From: a bacterium
GTDB taxonomy: Bacteria > Bacillota > Clostridia > Oscillospirales > Oscillospiraceae
Assembly: GCA_963618015.1 (NCBI GenBank)
Contig: CAVEQS010000016.1
Coordinates: forward strand, 7,767-39,766
Direction of reading: 5' to 3'
Length of the DNA: 32,000 nt
The notes under the pieces were generated by a model. The model saw only the letters and a list, made by a program, of their open reading frames with translations, did no database searches and had not been told where the DNA came from. Made by a program: the position numbers and the translations under genes. Of the stretch, positions 7,684 to 15,263 are shown in pieces. The stretch's first letter is position 1, and every line of letters starts with the position of its first letter.

Positions 7684-9765
7684 TCAGTTTTCCACCGGAG
7701 GCAGAAGGCGCGTCATGCTCTGGAGACTCACGGTGAGCGTGTAGGCGTTGTGCAGCAACGCCGAGGTCGCCGGGGGCAGGATGCCCATCACGCCAAGACA
7801 GATCAGCATGAAGTTGAAGCCGATGATGTTCCGGTAGTTCGTGTGGATGCGCTCCATGAGCGCGCAGCTGAGCCGCCGCAGCGTCAAAAGCGAGTAGAGA
7901 TCGTTCGCGCCGATGGTGATATCCGCCACCTCGCGGGCGATGGCCGCGCCGTCGCGGATGGCGATGCCCGCGTCCGCCTCGGAGAGCGCCGGGGAGTCGT
8001 TCACGCCGTCGCCGAGCATGATCACGCGCCGTCCGGCCTCGTGCTCGCGGCGGATGAAGTTGGCCTTGTCCTCGGGCAGGACTTCGGAATAGTATTCGTC
8101 CACGCCGACGGCTGCCGCCACGGACTTTGCCGTGCGGTCGCTGTCGCCGGTCATCATGACGAGCTTCGTAAAGCCGAGAGAGCGCAGTCCGCGGACAACC
8201 TCCGCGGCCTCCGCGCGCAGCGGGTCTTCAATGCAGATGACCGCGGCGAGCACGCCGCCTGCAGCGAGATAAAGGTGCGAATACTCCGCCGGGAGCGATT
8301 CAAACTTCTCTTCCTCGCCCGCCGGAATGACGCACTTCTCGTCCTCAAACACGAAGTGGTGGCTGCCGATGACGACTTTCTCGCCGTCCACGCTGCTCGC
8401 GATGCCGTGCGCCACGATGTAATTCACGCTCGAATGGCGCTCCTCGTGGGTGATGCCGCGCTTTTCCGCCTCGGTCACAACGGCCTTGGCCATCGAGTGC
8501 GGGTAATGCTCTTCGAGACAGGCCGCAAGCGCGAGCATATCGTTTTCTTCCTTGCCGCCAAACGGCACGACCGCCGCCACGCGCGGCGCGGCATGGGTCA
8601 GCGTGCCGGTCTTATCAAAGACAATGGTGTCCGCCTGCGCCACCGCTTCCATGAAGCGGCCACCCTTGACGGAGATGTGGTGGATGCCGGCCTCTTTCAT
8701 ACCGGAGAGCACCGCGATCGGCATGGAAAGCTTGAGCGCGCACGAGAAATCGACCATGAGCACCGCGAGCGCGCGGTTGACGTTGCGCGTCAGGAGCCAG
8801 ATGAGCCCCGTCGCGCCGAGGCTGTACGGCACGAGCTTGTCCGCCAGATGCGAGGCCTGCGCCTCGGTATCGGACTTGAGCTTTTCGGATTCCTCGATCA
8901 TATGGACGATGCGGTCGTAGCGTCCAGAGCCCATGCTCTTATCAACGCGGATCGTGCATTCGCCCTCTTCCACGACCGTTCCGGCGTAAACATAGCTGCC
9001 CGCCGTGCGGCGCACGGCCAGCCCCTCGCCGGTGATGGATGCCTGGTTGACCATTGCCTCGCCCGCGACGACATGGCCGTCAAGCGGGATCATGCCGCCG
9101 GTACGGACAATGATCCGGTCGCCGGGGCGCACGTCGCCGACCGGCACGGCCACGCTACCGTCGGTCGTTTCGAGCCAGACCTTATCCACCTGCAAAGCCA
9201 TCGTCCCGGCGAGATCGGCAACCGACTTTTTATGCGTCCACTCGTCGAGCAGCTCGCCGATGCCGAGCAGGAAGATGACCGAGACCGCCGTTTCAAAGTC
9301 GCCGCGCAGAATGGAGACGGCGATGGCCGTCGCGTCAAGCACCGGCACCTCGATCTTCCCGTGCAGCAGGCAGCGGATGCCGTCGCGCAGGAAGCGGAGC
9401 GAGCGAATCACGGTACGGATCGCGCGCAGCGGCGCGGGCAGAATGAGCTTCAATGCGTACCGGCGGACAACGCGGAAAATGAGCTTTCCCTCATATTCGC
9501 GGTTGAGCGCGCGGACGCTGTGCTCCGGCGCGAGCGCGGCGGACTTCTCATAGGAAAACGCAGCGAGCGCCGCGACGATACCGGCGCGCGAGCCGGTATA
9601 AAGAATCGTAGCGTTGCCGGTGCGGTCGTGGACCGTTACATCAGCAACGCCGGAAGTGTTTCGCAGATACGCTTCCAGAATGTCCGCCTGGAGCAGCGAC
9701 ATACGCGGCTGCTCCAGATGGACACGGATGCGTCCTGCCGTATCGTGCAGGATCGTGCATTTCAT
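7684..9765 (-). CDS. P1B-type (heavy-metal-like) P-type ATPase with non-canonical FSC(A) in place of the CPC metal-site motif
   Basis: Motifs seen: SITGEG (TGE), FDKTGTLT, MMTGDS, GDGVNDSPAL. The TM helix reads DFSCALKLSMPIAV where Cu/Zn pumps have CPCALGLATP. The N-terminal roughly 70 aa look HMA-fold-like but have no CxxC. Confidence 0.9.
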   Translation of the reverse strand: MKCTILHDTAGRIRVHLEQPRMSLLQADILEAYLRNTSGVADVTVHDRTGNATILYTGSRAGIVAALAAFSYEKSAALAPEHSVRALNREYEGKLIFRVVRRYALKLILPAPLRAIRTVIRSLRFLRDGIRCLLHGKIEVPVLDATAIAVSILRGDFETAVSVIFLLGIGELLDEWTHKKSVADLAGTMALQVDKVWLETTDGSVAVPVGDVRPGDRIIVRTGGMIPLDGHVVAGEAMVNQASITGEGLAVRRTAGSYVYAGTVVEEGECTIRVDKSMGSGRYDRIVHMIEESEKLKSDTEAQASHLADKLVPYSLGATGLIWLLTRNVNRALAVLMVDFSCALKLSMPIAVLSGMKEAGIHHISVKGGRFMEAVAQADTIVFDKTGTLTHAAPRVAAVVPFGGKEENDMLALAACLEEHYPHSMAKAVVTEAEKRGITHEERHSSVNYIVAHGIASSVDGEKVVIGSHHFVFEDEKCVIPAGEEEKFESLPAEYSHLYLAAGGVLAAVICIEDPLRAEAAEVVRGLRSLGFTKLVMMTGDSDRTAKSVAAAVGVDEYYSEVLPEDKANFIRREHEAGRRVIMLGDGVNDSPALSEADAGIAIRDGAAIAREVADITIGANDLYSLLTLRRLSCALMERIHTNYRNIIGFNFMLICLGVMGILPPATSALLHNAYTLTVSLQSMTRLLPPVEN

Positions 9766-9771
9766 GGCGAA

Positions 9772-10029
9772 TTACTCCGCGGTGTCCTCAATGGTCTCGC
9801 CCGCATCCTCCGCGGCATACTTCTCGTTGAGCGCCTTCGCGTCGGCGAGAATGTCGTCCGCGCCCTCGCGGATGTTCGTCGCGGTCGTCATGACGGCTTC
9901 CTTGGCGCGCAGCGCCGCGGCGGTCGTGAAGGCATAGACCTTCTTCGCATCGCGGCTGGTGAGGATCTTGATGCCCGCCGTGCCAAACAGCACGCCGCCC
10001 GCGAAAAGTCCAACTTTACCCCAATTCAT
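9772..10029 (-). CDS. Small membrane-anchored protein co-transcribed with the ATPase (possibly a DUF6110-type family, from memory)
   Basis: 85 aa. N-terminal hydrophobic helix WGKVGLFAGGVLFGTAGIKIL, then an amphipathic, acidic tail. Good RBS (AAAGGAGGA). Its stop is 6 nt before the ATPase ATG. Confidence 0.7.
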   Translation of the reverse strand: MNWGKVGLFAGGVLFGTAGIKILTSRDAKKVYAFTTAAALRAKEAVMTTATNIREGADDILADAKALNEKYAAEDAGETIEDTAE

Positions 10030-10064
10030 GAGAATATCCTCCTTTATATTTAATTTCTGAGTGA

Positions 10065-10103
10065 ATTTTATAATCGAAAAAACGCCTTGTCAATGGCGTT
10101 TTT
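10065..10103 (-). promoter_or_regulatory. Promoter of the small-ORF/ATPase operon, with a 9-bp-arm palindrome wrapped around the -35 box
   Basis: Minus strand: TTGACA (10093-10088), 17 nt, TAAAAT (10070-10065). The -35 box is the loop of AAAAACGCC-ttgtcaat-GGCGTTTTT (10078-10103). Confidence 0.55.
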
Positions 10104-10136
10104 GTGAATTTTTTTAAGATTTTTGCCATATCTTTT

Positions 10137-10202
10137 GGTTAGTCGGCGCTTACCCGCCGGTTAGTTTTCGCTCACCGCCCGGTTAGGCTTTGCTTATCGT
10201 TG
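10137..10202 (+). repeat. Three tandem 22-bp direct repeats (GGTTAG-N16), ending 2-3 bp into the mscL -35 box (10200-10205)
   Basis: Units: GGTTAGtcggCGCTtACCcgCC, GGTTAGttttCGCTcACCgcCC, GGTTAGgcttTGCTtATCgtTG. The GGTTAG starts are at 10137, 10159 and 10181. Confidence 0.75.
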
Positions 10203-10228
10203 ACAGTGCCGCGGCAGACTGATATCAT
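10200..10228 (+). promoter_or_regulatory. Sigma-A-type promoter of mscL
   Basis: TTGACA (10200-10205), 17 nt, TATCAT (10223-10228). About 20 nt upstream of the RBS GGAGG and the ATG at 10249. Confidence 0.6.
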
Positions 10229-10248
10229 GATATATTGGAGGCGATATT

Positions 10249-10698
10249 ATGAAAGCATTACTCAAGGAATTCAAGGAATTTGCTGTTAAAGGAAACGTGG
10301 TTGATATGGCGGTCGGCGTCATCGTCGGCGGAGCGTTCGGGAAGATCGTAACGTCGCTCGTCAACGACATCATCATGCCGCTCGTCGGTATTCTGACCGG
10401 CGGAGTTGACTTCAGCAATCTCTTTCTCCCACTCGACGGGAACACCTACGCCACGCTCGCCGAGGCGGAGGCCGCAGGCGCGGCAGTGCTCAAGTACGGC
10501 TCGTTCCTCTCGCAGGTGCTCGATTTCCTGATCGTGTCGTTTGTGATCTTTATCTTCGTAAAGAAGATCATGACGCTCGGCCGGAAGAAGGAAGCGCCCG
10601 TGGAAGAAGCGCCGAAAACGAAGATCTGCCCTTACTGCAAAAGCGAGATCGCCATCGACGCCACGCGCTGCCCGCACTGCACATCAGAGCTTCCGTAA
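10249..10698 (+). CDS. mscL: Large-conductance mechanosensitive channel MscL with a C-terminal zinc-ribbon tail
   Basis: [47 protein letters not shown] is the canonical MscL N-terminus and TM1. The C-terminus carries CPYC-X11-CPHC. Confidence 0.92.
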   Translation: MKALLKEFKEFAVKGNVVDMAVGVIVGGAFGKIVTSLVNDIIMPLVGILTGGVDFSNLFLPLDGNTYATLAEAEAAGAAVLKYGSFLSQVLDFLIVSFVIFIFVKKIMTLGRKKEAPVEEAPKTKICPYCKSEIAIDATRCPHCTSELP

Positions 10699-10738
10699 GA
10701 AGCTTCCCGCGATTTAATTACAGCTTTGGAGGTGACCC

Positions 10739-11455
10739 ATGCAATCCTTCGAGACCGAACATTACATCTTTCACTATGGTGCCGGTACGGCGGCGGAGCG
10801 CGATATCCAGAAGATCGCCGCGCTGCAGGAGGGCTGCTTCTCGCACATCTGCGCTGTGCTCGGGCTGACGCCGGACTTCAAGATCGAATACTTCCTCTGC
10901 GATTCCCCGGAGGAGGTAGGACACATCTACGGCAACGATTTCCCGTGCAACGGCTTTGCCGATCTGCCGAGCCGCATCTACGCCGTGTATAACGAGAGCG
11001 TCCAGTGCGTCGGCTTTCATGAGGACGCGCACCTCATCAGCTTTGTCCATAACCGCCCGATCTGTCCCGCCGTGACGGAGGGACTCGCCATGTACTTCGA
11101 TCGCAAATGGTGGGGCATTGAAAACCTGGACTGGACGGGCTATTATCTCAAAACCGGACGGTATCTGCCGATGGACAAGCTGCTGGACCGGGAGTTTTTC
11201 TTCGAGCACGACTGTGCCTTCACCTACCCCATCGCCGGGGCGTTCACCGACTGGCTGCTCACGGTCTACGGCAGAGAGAGGTATATGGAAATGTACTCCC
11301 AGCCGAACCCTGCCGACGTCATGGCGCAGGTCTACGGGATATCTCCGGCCGGGCTGAACGCGGATTTTGAAACGTATGTCCGCCTCTTCCGCACCGACGA
11401 AGCTCTCGAAGCGCGGATGGAGGAGCTATTGCGGCTGGAGGGCGTCGAAGCCTGA
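10739..11455 (+). CDS. Cytoplasmic HExxH protein (peptidase-MA/gluzincin-like), paralogue 1
   Basis: 238 aa with no signal peptide. GFHEDAHLIS (HExxH) is followed 16 residues after the second His by a conserved Glu in TEGLAMYF, as in the HExxH...E gluzincin arrangement. RBS is GGAGGTGA. There is no terminator after mscL. Confidence 0.7.
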   Translation: MQSFETEHYIFHYGAGTAAERDIQKIAALQEGCFSHICAVLGLTPDFKIEYFLCDSPEEVGHIYGNDFPCNGFADLPSRIYAVYNESVQCVGFHEDAHLISFVHNRPICPAVTEGLAMYFDRKWWGIENLDWTGYYLKTGRYLPMDKLLDREFFFEHDCAFTYPIAGAFTDWLLTVYGRERYMEMYSQPNPADVMAQVYGISPAGLNADFETYVRLFRTDEALEARMEELLRLEGVEA

Positions 11456-11475
11456 CCGGGCAAAGGAGGTAAGCC

Positions 11476-12189
11476 ATGTTAACATTGGAAACGGAGCACT
11501 ATATCCTTCACTATGGTGCCGGCACCGCCGCGGAGCGCGATATCGCGCAGATCGCGGCGCAGCAGGAGAGCTGCTTCTCCCATATCTGTGCCGTGCTGGG
11601 GCTGACGCCGGACTTCAAGATCGAATACTTCCTCTGCGATTCGCCGGAGGAGGTAGGCCGCATTTACGGCGACGACGAGCCCTGCAACGGCTTCACCGAT
11701 CTCCCCAATCACATTTACGCCGTGTACAACGACAGCGTCCGGTGCACCGGCTTCCACGAGGATGCCCACATCATCAGCTATACGCTCAACCGGCCGGACT
11801 GTCCTGCCGTCCGCGAAGGTCTCGCCATGTACTTTGACCGCAAGTGGTGGGGTATTCAAAATCTGGACTGGACAGGCTATTATCTCAAGGCCGGGCGGTA
11901 CATCCCCGTGGACAAGCTGCTGGACAAGGCGTTCTTTTTCGAGCAGGACTGCGCCGTCACCTACCCGATCGTCGGCGCCTTCACCGACTGGCTGCTCACG
12001 GTCTACGGCAGAGAGCGGTATATGGAAATGTACCGGCAGGAGAACATGCCCGCCGCCATGGCACAGGTCTACGGGAGATCTCCGGCCGAGCTGAACGCCG
12101 ATTTTGAAAAATACGTCCGGCTCTTCCGTACCGACGAGGCGCTGGAAGCAAGAATGGAAGAGCTGCTGCGGCAGAAAAAGGTTATATGA
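11476..12189 (+). CDS. Cytoplasmic HExxH protein (peptidase-MA/gluzincin-like), paralogue 2
   Basis: 237 aa, roughly 80% identical by eye to the preceding ORF along its whole length. Has the same GFHEDAH and REGLAMYF motifs. RBS is AAAGGAGG. Confidence 0.7.
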   Translation: MLTLETEHYILHYGAGTAAERDIAQIAAQQESCFSHICAVLGLTPDFKIEYFLCDSPEEVGRIYGDDEPCNGFTDLPNHIYAVYNDSVRCTGFHEDAHIISYTLNRPDCPAVREGLAMYFDRKWWGIQNLDWTGYYLKAGRYIPVDKLLDKAFFFEQDCAVTYPIVGAFTDWLLTVYGRERYMEMYRQENMPAAMAQVYGRSPAELNADFEKYVRLFRTDEALEARMEELLRQKKVI

Positions 12190-12206
12190 CGAAAGACCGT
12201 CAGCCT

Positions 12207-12396
12207 GAGCGTGTCAAAAATGTATTTTTGACACGCTCTCAAACGAGACCCACTGCGTTGGGCTCTCGTTTGAAAAGGCTGCGGCTCGCCGCAGCGCACT
12301 CGCTGCGCTCGCACGTTTGCGAGCCGAAAAGTATTTTCTCCGACGTACACGCCGCCGGAGAAAATGATCAAAACTTTATTTACGCCTGCGGGCGCA
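12207..12396. repeat. Array of consecutive stem-loops in the convergent intergenic region
   Basis: Stem-loops found: 15-bp arm palindrome GAGCGTGTCAAAAAT-gt-ATTTTTGACACGCTC (12207-12238); AAACGAGA..TCTCGTTT (12241-12271); GCTGCGG-ctcg-CCGCAGC (12278-12295); GCTCGCA-cgtt-TGCGAGC (12307-12324); ATTTTCTCCG..CGGAGAAAAT (12333-12365); a short one at 12383-12396. Confidence 0.7.
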
Positions 12397-12424
12397 AACT
12401 CTGCGAGGCTTTTCGACAGTCTGA

Positions 12425-12455
12425 GGCCGCCGGCTTTACCGGCGGCCTTCTTTTT
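12425..12455 (+). terminator. Intrinsic terminator (plus strand), probably the end of the mscL/HExxH transcript
   Basis: GGCCGCCGG-cttta-CCGGCGGCC followed by TTCTTTTT. Confidence 0.6.
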
Positions 12456-12462
12456 ACAATAC

Positions 12463-12510
12463 AAAAATCGGGTGCGGCGTATCCCAAAGGATACGCCGCA
12501 CCTGATTTTT
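12463..12510 (-). terminator. Intrinsic terminator of aspS (structurally bidirectional)
   Basis: 14-bp stem GGTGCGGCGTATCC-caaa-GGATACGCCGCACC (12471-12502), flanked by an A-run and a T-run. Starts immediately after the aspS stop. Confidence 0.8.
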
Positions 12511-14287
12511 ATTCTTCGAGCTCGCCGACGAGAGCGATGTGCAGCTCGTCGAGCTGCTTCTGCTCCACGGTGGAGGGAGCGCCCATCATCACGTCCTGCG
12601 CATTCTTGTTCATCGGGAACGGGATGATCTCGCGGATGGAGCTCTCGCCCGCGAGGAGCATGACCATGCGGTCGACGCCCGGGGCGATGCCGGCGTGCGG
12701 GGGCGCGCCGTAGCAGAAGGCGTTGTACATAGCGGGGAACTTGGCCTTCACGTCGTCCTCGCCGAGACGCACCATCTCAAACGCCTTGACCATGATGTCG
12801 GGATCGTGGTTGCGCACCGCGCCGGAGGAGAGCTCCACGCCGTTGCACACGAGATCGTACTGATACGCCATAATGGTCAGCGGATCGAGCTCGCCGCGCT
12901 CGGCGGCCAGCAGCGCCTCAAGACCGCCGTTCGGCATCGAGAACGGGTTGTGGCAGAACTCGAGCTCGCCGGACTCCTCGCCGATCTCGAACATCGGGAA
13001 ATCGACGATCCAGCAGAACTCATAGCGCTTCTCGTCCATGTGGCCGGGGACGAGCGCGCCCGCCATTTTGAGCATGACGCCGGCAGTCTTCTGCGCCTCG
13101 GTCTTCTTGCCTGAGGAGATGAGAACGAGAGTGTCGGGCGTGAGGCCGAGAGCTTCCTTGAGGGCTTCTTCCTTGCCCGCAAAGAACTTCGCCACGCCGC
13201 CGACCAGAGCGCCGTGCTCGTCCATGCGCAGCCAGTAGGGCTTGCGGCCCGCCTGCACCTCGACGTCCGCGCAGAGCTTGTCGATCTGCTTGCGGGTGAG
13301 CGTGCAGCCGGAGACCGGCACCGCCTTGACGACCTGGCCGACAAACGGCTCAAAGCCGGTATCCTGCACCATGGCGGAAATGTCCGTCACGGTGAGGTCA
13401 ATGCGCAGATCAGGCTTATCGGAGCCGTACTTGTCCATCGCTTCCATATACGGAATGCGGCGGAACGGCGGCTGGGAGGCGATATCGTAGGTGCCGTATT
13501 TCGCGAAGATCGGCGGCAGCACGTCCTCGAGCACCGCGAACACGTCCTCCTGCGAGGCGAACGCCATCTCCATATCGAGCTGGTAGAACTCGCCGGGCGA
13601 GCGGTCGCCGCGGGCGTCCTCGTCGCGGAAGCAGGGGGCGATCTGGAAATATTTGTCAAAGCCGCTCGTCATGAGCAGCTGCTTGAACTGCTGCGGCGCC
13701 TGCGGCAGAGCATAGAACTTGCCGGGGTGCTTGCGGGCGGGGACGAGATAGTCGCGCGCGCCCTCGGGAGAGGAGGCGGTGAGGATCGGCGTCGTGATCT
13801 CGAGGAAGCCGTGGTCCATCATCGCGCGGCGCAGCGCCGCAACAACGTTGCAGCGGAGGATGATGTTATTCTTGACGGCGGGGTTGCGCAGATCGAGATA
13901 GCGGTACTTCAGTCTCGCGCTCTCGTCGGCCTCGCGGCTGCGGTTGATCTCGAACGGCAGCTCATTGTAGCGGCAGCGGCCAAGGATCTCGATCTTCTCC
14001 GGCACGACCTCGATCTCGCCGGTGGCGAGCTTGGCGTTGGGGCTCTCGCGCAGACGGACGGTGCCGGTCACGGCAATGGTGCTCTCCTTGTTGATGCCCT
14101 TGACGGTCTTCATCATCTCGGCGGAATCGACGACGATCTGCGTCGTGCCGTAAAAGTCACGCAGAACGACGAACGCGAAGTTATTGCCGACCTCGCGGAC
14201 GTTCTCCATCCAGCCGGCCAGCGTGACGGTTTTGCCAGCGTCGGCGGCGCGGAGCTCCCCGCAGGTGTGGGTACGGTACTGTGACAT
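12509..14287 (-). CDS. aspS: Aspartate--tRNA ligase (bacterial type)
   Basis: 592 aa. N-terminus MSQYRTHTCGELR.., class II motif 2 FRDEDARGDRSPGEFYQLDMEMAF, motif 3 GAPPHAGIAPGVDRMVMLL. Confidence 0.95.
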   Translation of the reverse strand: MSQYRTHTCGELRAADAGKTVTLAGWMENVREVGNNFAFVVLRDFYGTTQIVVDSAEMMKTVKGINKESTIAVTGTVRLRESPNAKLATGEIEVVPEKIEILGRCRYNELPFEINRSREADESARLKYRYLDLRNPAVKNNIILRCNVVAALRRAMMDHGFLEITTPILTASSPEGARDYLVPARKHPGKFYALPQAPQQFKQLLMTSGFDKYFQIAPCFRDEDARGDRSPGEFYQLDMEMAFASQEDVFAVLEDVLPPIFAKYGTYDIASQPPFRRIPYMEAMDKYGSDKPDLRIDLTVTDISAMVQDTGFEPFVGQVVKAVPVSGCTLTRKQIDKLCADVEVQAGRKPYWLRMDEHGALVGGVAKFFAGKEEALKEALGLTPDTLVLISSGKKTEAQKTAGVMLKMAGALVPGHMDEKRYEFCWIVDFPMFEIGEESGELEFCHNPFSMPNGGLEALLAAERGELDPLTIMAYQYDLVCNGVELSSGAVRNHDPDIMVKAFEMVRLGEDDVKAKFPAMYNAFCYGAPPHAGIAPGVDRMVMLLAGESSIREIIPFPMNKNAQDVMMGAPSTVEQKQLDELHIALVGELEE

Positions 14288-14331
14288 ACTCTATTTCTTC
14301 CTTTCACGGGTTCATTACGATTTACCGAAAT

Positions 14332-14360
14332 ATTATACACATCCCGCCACCGCTTTGCAA
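14332..14360 (-). promoter_or_regulatory. Sigma-A-type promoter of aspS
   Basis: Minus strand: TTGCAA (14360-14355), 17 nt, TATAAT (14337-14332). About 45 nt upstream of the ATG. Confidence 0.6.
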
Positions 14361-14416
14361 GATACCCCGTCCCCGTTCGGACAACATTTTCGTCCCCGGC
14401 GGGGTATGCTTGGGAC

Positions 14417-15241
14417 ATGAATGTGATCTATGTGGATGAGCTCTTTTTCCTCAACGCGCTCACGGACTATCTGCTGCTTCTCTCGTGTGCGAGACTGCGC
14501 GGAAAAGCACTGCGGCGCGGCCGGTTCGCCGCGGCCGCGGCGGTCGGCGGGGCGTACGCCGTGTTCGCCGCGATCCCCCCGCTCTCGTTTCTCGTTTCGC
14601 TCGCGGTGAAGGCGCTCGTCTCGCTGCTCATGGCGTGGATCGCGTTCGGCGCGCCGCCGGAGCTCTGGCGCGGCTGGGGCTGCTTTCTCGCGCTCTCGTC
14701 GGCGTTCGCCGGGGCGGTATACGGCATTTCGCTGCTCTCCGGCACAGAGCCGCGCAGCGTTCTCTCCGGCGCATCTCTCAAAACGCTTGTGCTCTCTTTC
14801 GGGCTGTGCTATGCCGCGGTGCGGCTCTTTTTCGGGCGGTTTCTGAAGCGCCGCGAGCGGTGCATCGTGGAAGCGAAGATCGAGCTGTGCGGCAGAACAG
14901 CCGCGCTGCGTGCGCTGCGCGATACCGGCAACGCGCTTTTTGACCCGCTCTCCGGCTCGCACATCCTGCTCGCAGAGCCGGAATCGCTCGCGTCGCTCTT
15001 CTCCCCGCCGCTCGCCTTCCCGCTGCCGGACGATCCCGCGGCGTGCTTTCGCGCTCTCAGCACGCACCCGGCGCTCTCGCGGCGGCTGCGGCTCGTCGGC
15101 TTTTCCGCTGTCGGCACGAAGCGGGGGCTGCTCGTGTGCTTTCGGCCCGACGCCGTCACGGTCGAGGGCACGGCGGAATTCTATCTCGTCGCCCTATCAC
15201 CGACGCCGCTCGGGGATGGGGAGTATACCGCGCTCGTTTGA
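14417..15241 (+). CDS. spoIIGA: Sigma-E processing peptidase SpoIIGA
   Basis: [23 protein letters not shown].. with five N-terminal TM segments. [17 protein letters not shown] is the aspartic-protease motif. Lies directly upstream of sigE. Confidence 0.9.
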   Translation: MNVIYVDELFFLNALTDYLLLLSCARLRGKALRRGRFAAAAAVGGAYAVFAAIPPLSFLVSLAVKALVSLLMAWIAFGAPPELWRGWGCFLALSSAFAGAVYGISLLSGTEPRSVLSGASLKTLVLSFGLCYAAVRLFFGRFLKRRERCIVEAKIELCGRTAALRALRDTGNALFDPLSGSHILLAEPESLASLFSPPLAFPLPDDPAACFRALSTHPALSRRLRLVGFSAVGTKRGLLVCFRPDAVTVEGTAEFYLVALSPTPLGDGEYTALV

Positions 15242-15263
15242 ATATCATAAGGAGGTCTTGCCC

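Noticed and set aside
7750-10053. 767-aa ORF on the plus strand
   Set aside because: It is fully antisense to the P-type ATPase and its small partner. Its composition is Arg/Ala/Gly/Asp/His-rich and low in complexity, with no RBS and no recognisable motif. It is a typical shadow ORF of a GC-rich gene, whose complementary frame rarely contains stop codons.
13214-14284. 356-aa plus-strand ORF, plus other ORFs at 12539-13114 and 20464-21309
   Set aside because: They are antisense to aspS and to the flippase gene respectively. No RBS, low-complexity composition.
14370-14400. Spo0A 0A-box-like sequences (TGTCCGAA on the minus strand, TTCGTCC) upstream of spoIIGA
   Set aside because: Each deviates from the TGTCGAA consensus by an insertion or several mismatches, and no credible -10 box is positioned nearby. 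This is too weak to call without a matrix scan.
14288-14416. Possible T-box leader upstream of aspS
   Set aside because: The gap is only 129 bp, and the candidate promoter leaves a leader of about 45 nt. That is far too short for a specifier-loop/antiterminator T-box. No T-box consensus (…GGTGGTACCGCG-like) is visible.
14910-15263. N-terminal extensions in the ORF track: sigE (351 aa), the permease at 2376-3440, the esterase at 17511-18743, the nucleotidyltransferase at 24998-26203 and the flippase at 19561-21453
   Set aside because: The extensions are Arg/Ser/Cys-rich, overlap neighbouring genes or intergenic hairpins, and lack RBSs. In each case an internal start with a strong RBS gives the canonical family N-terminus.
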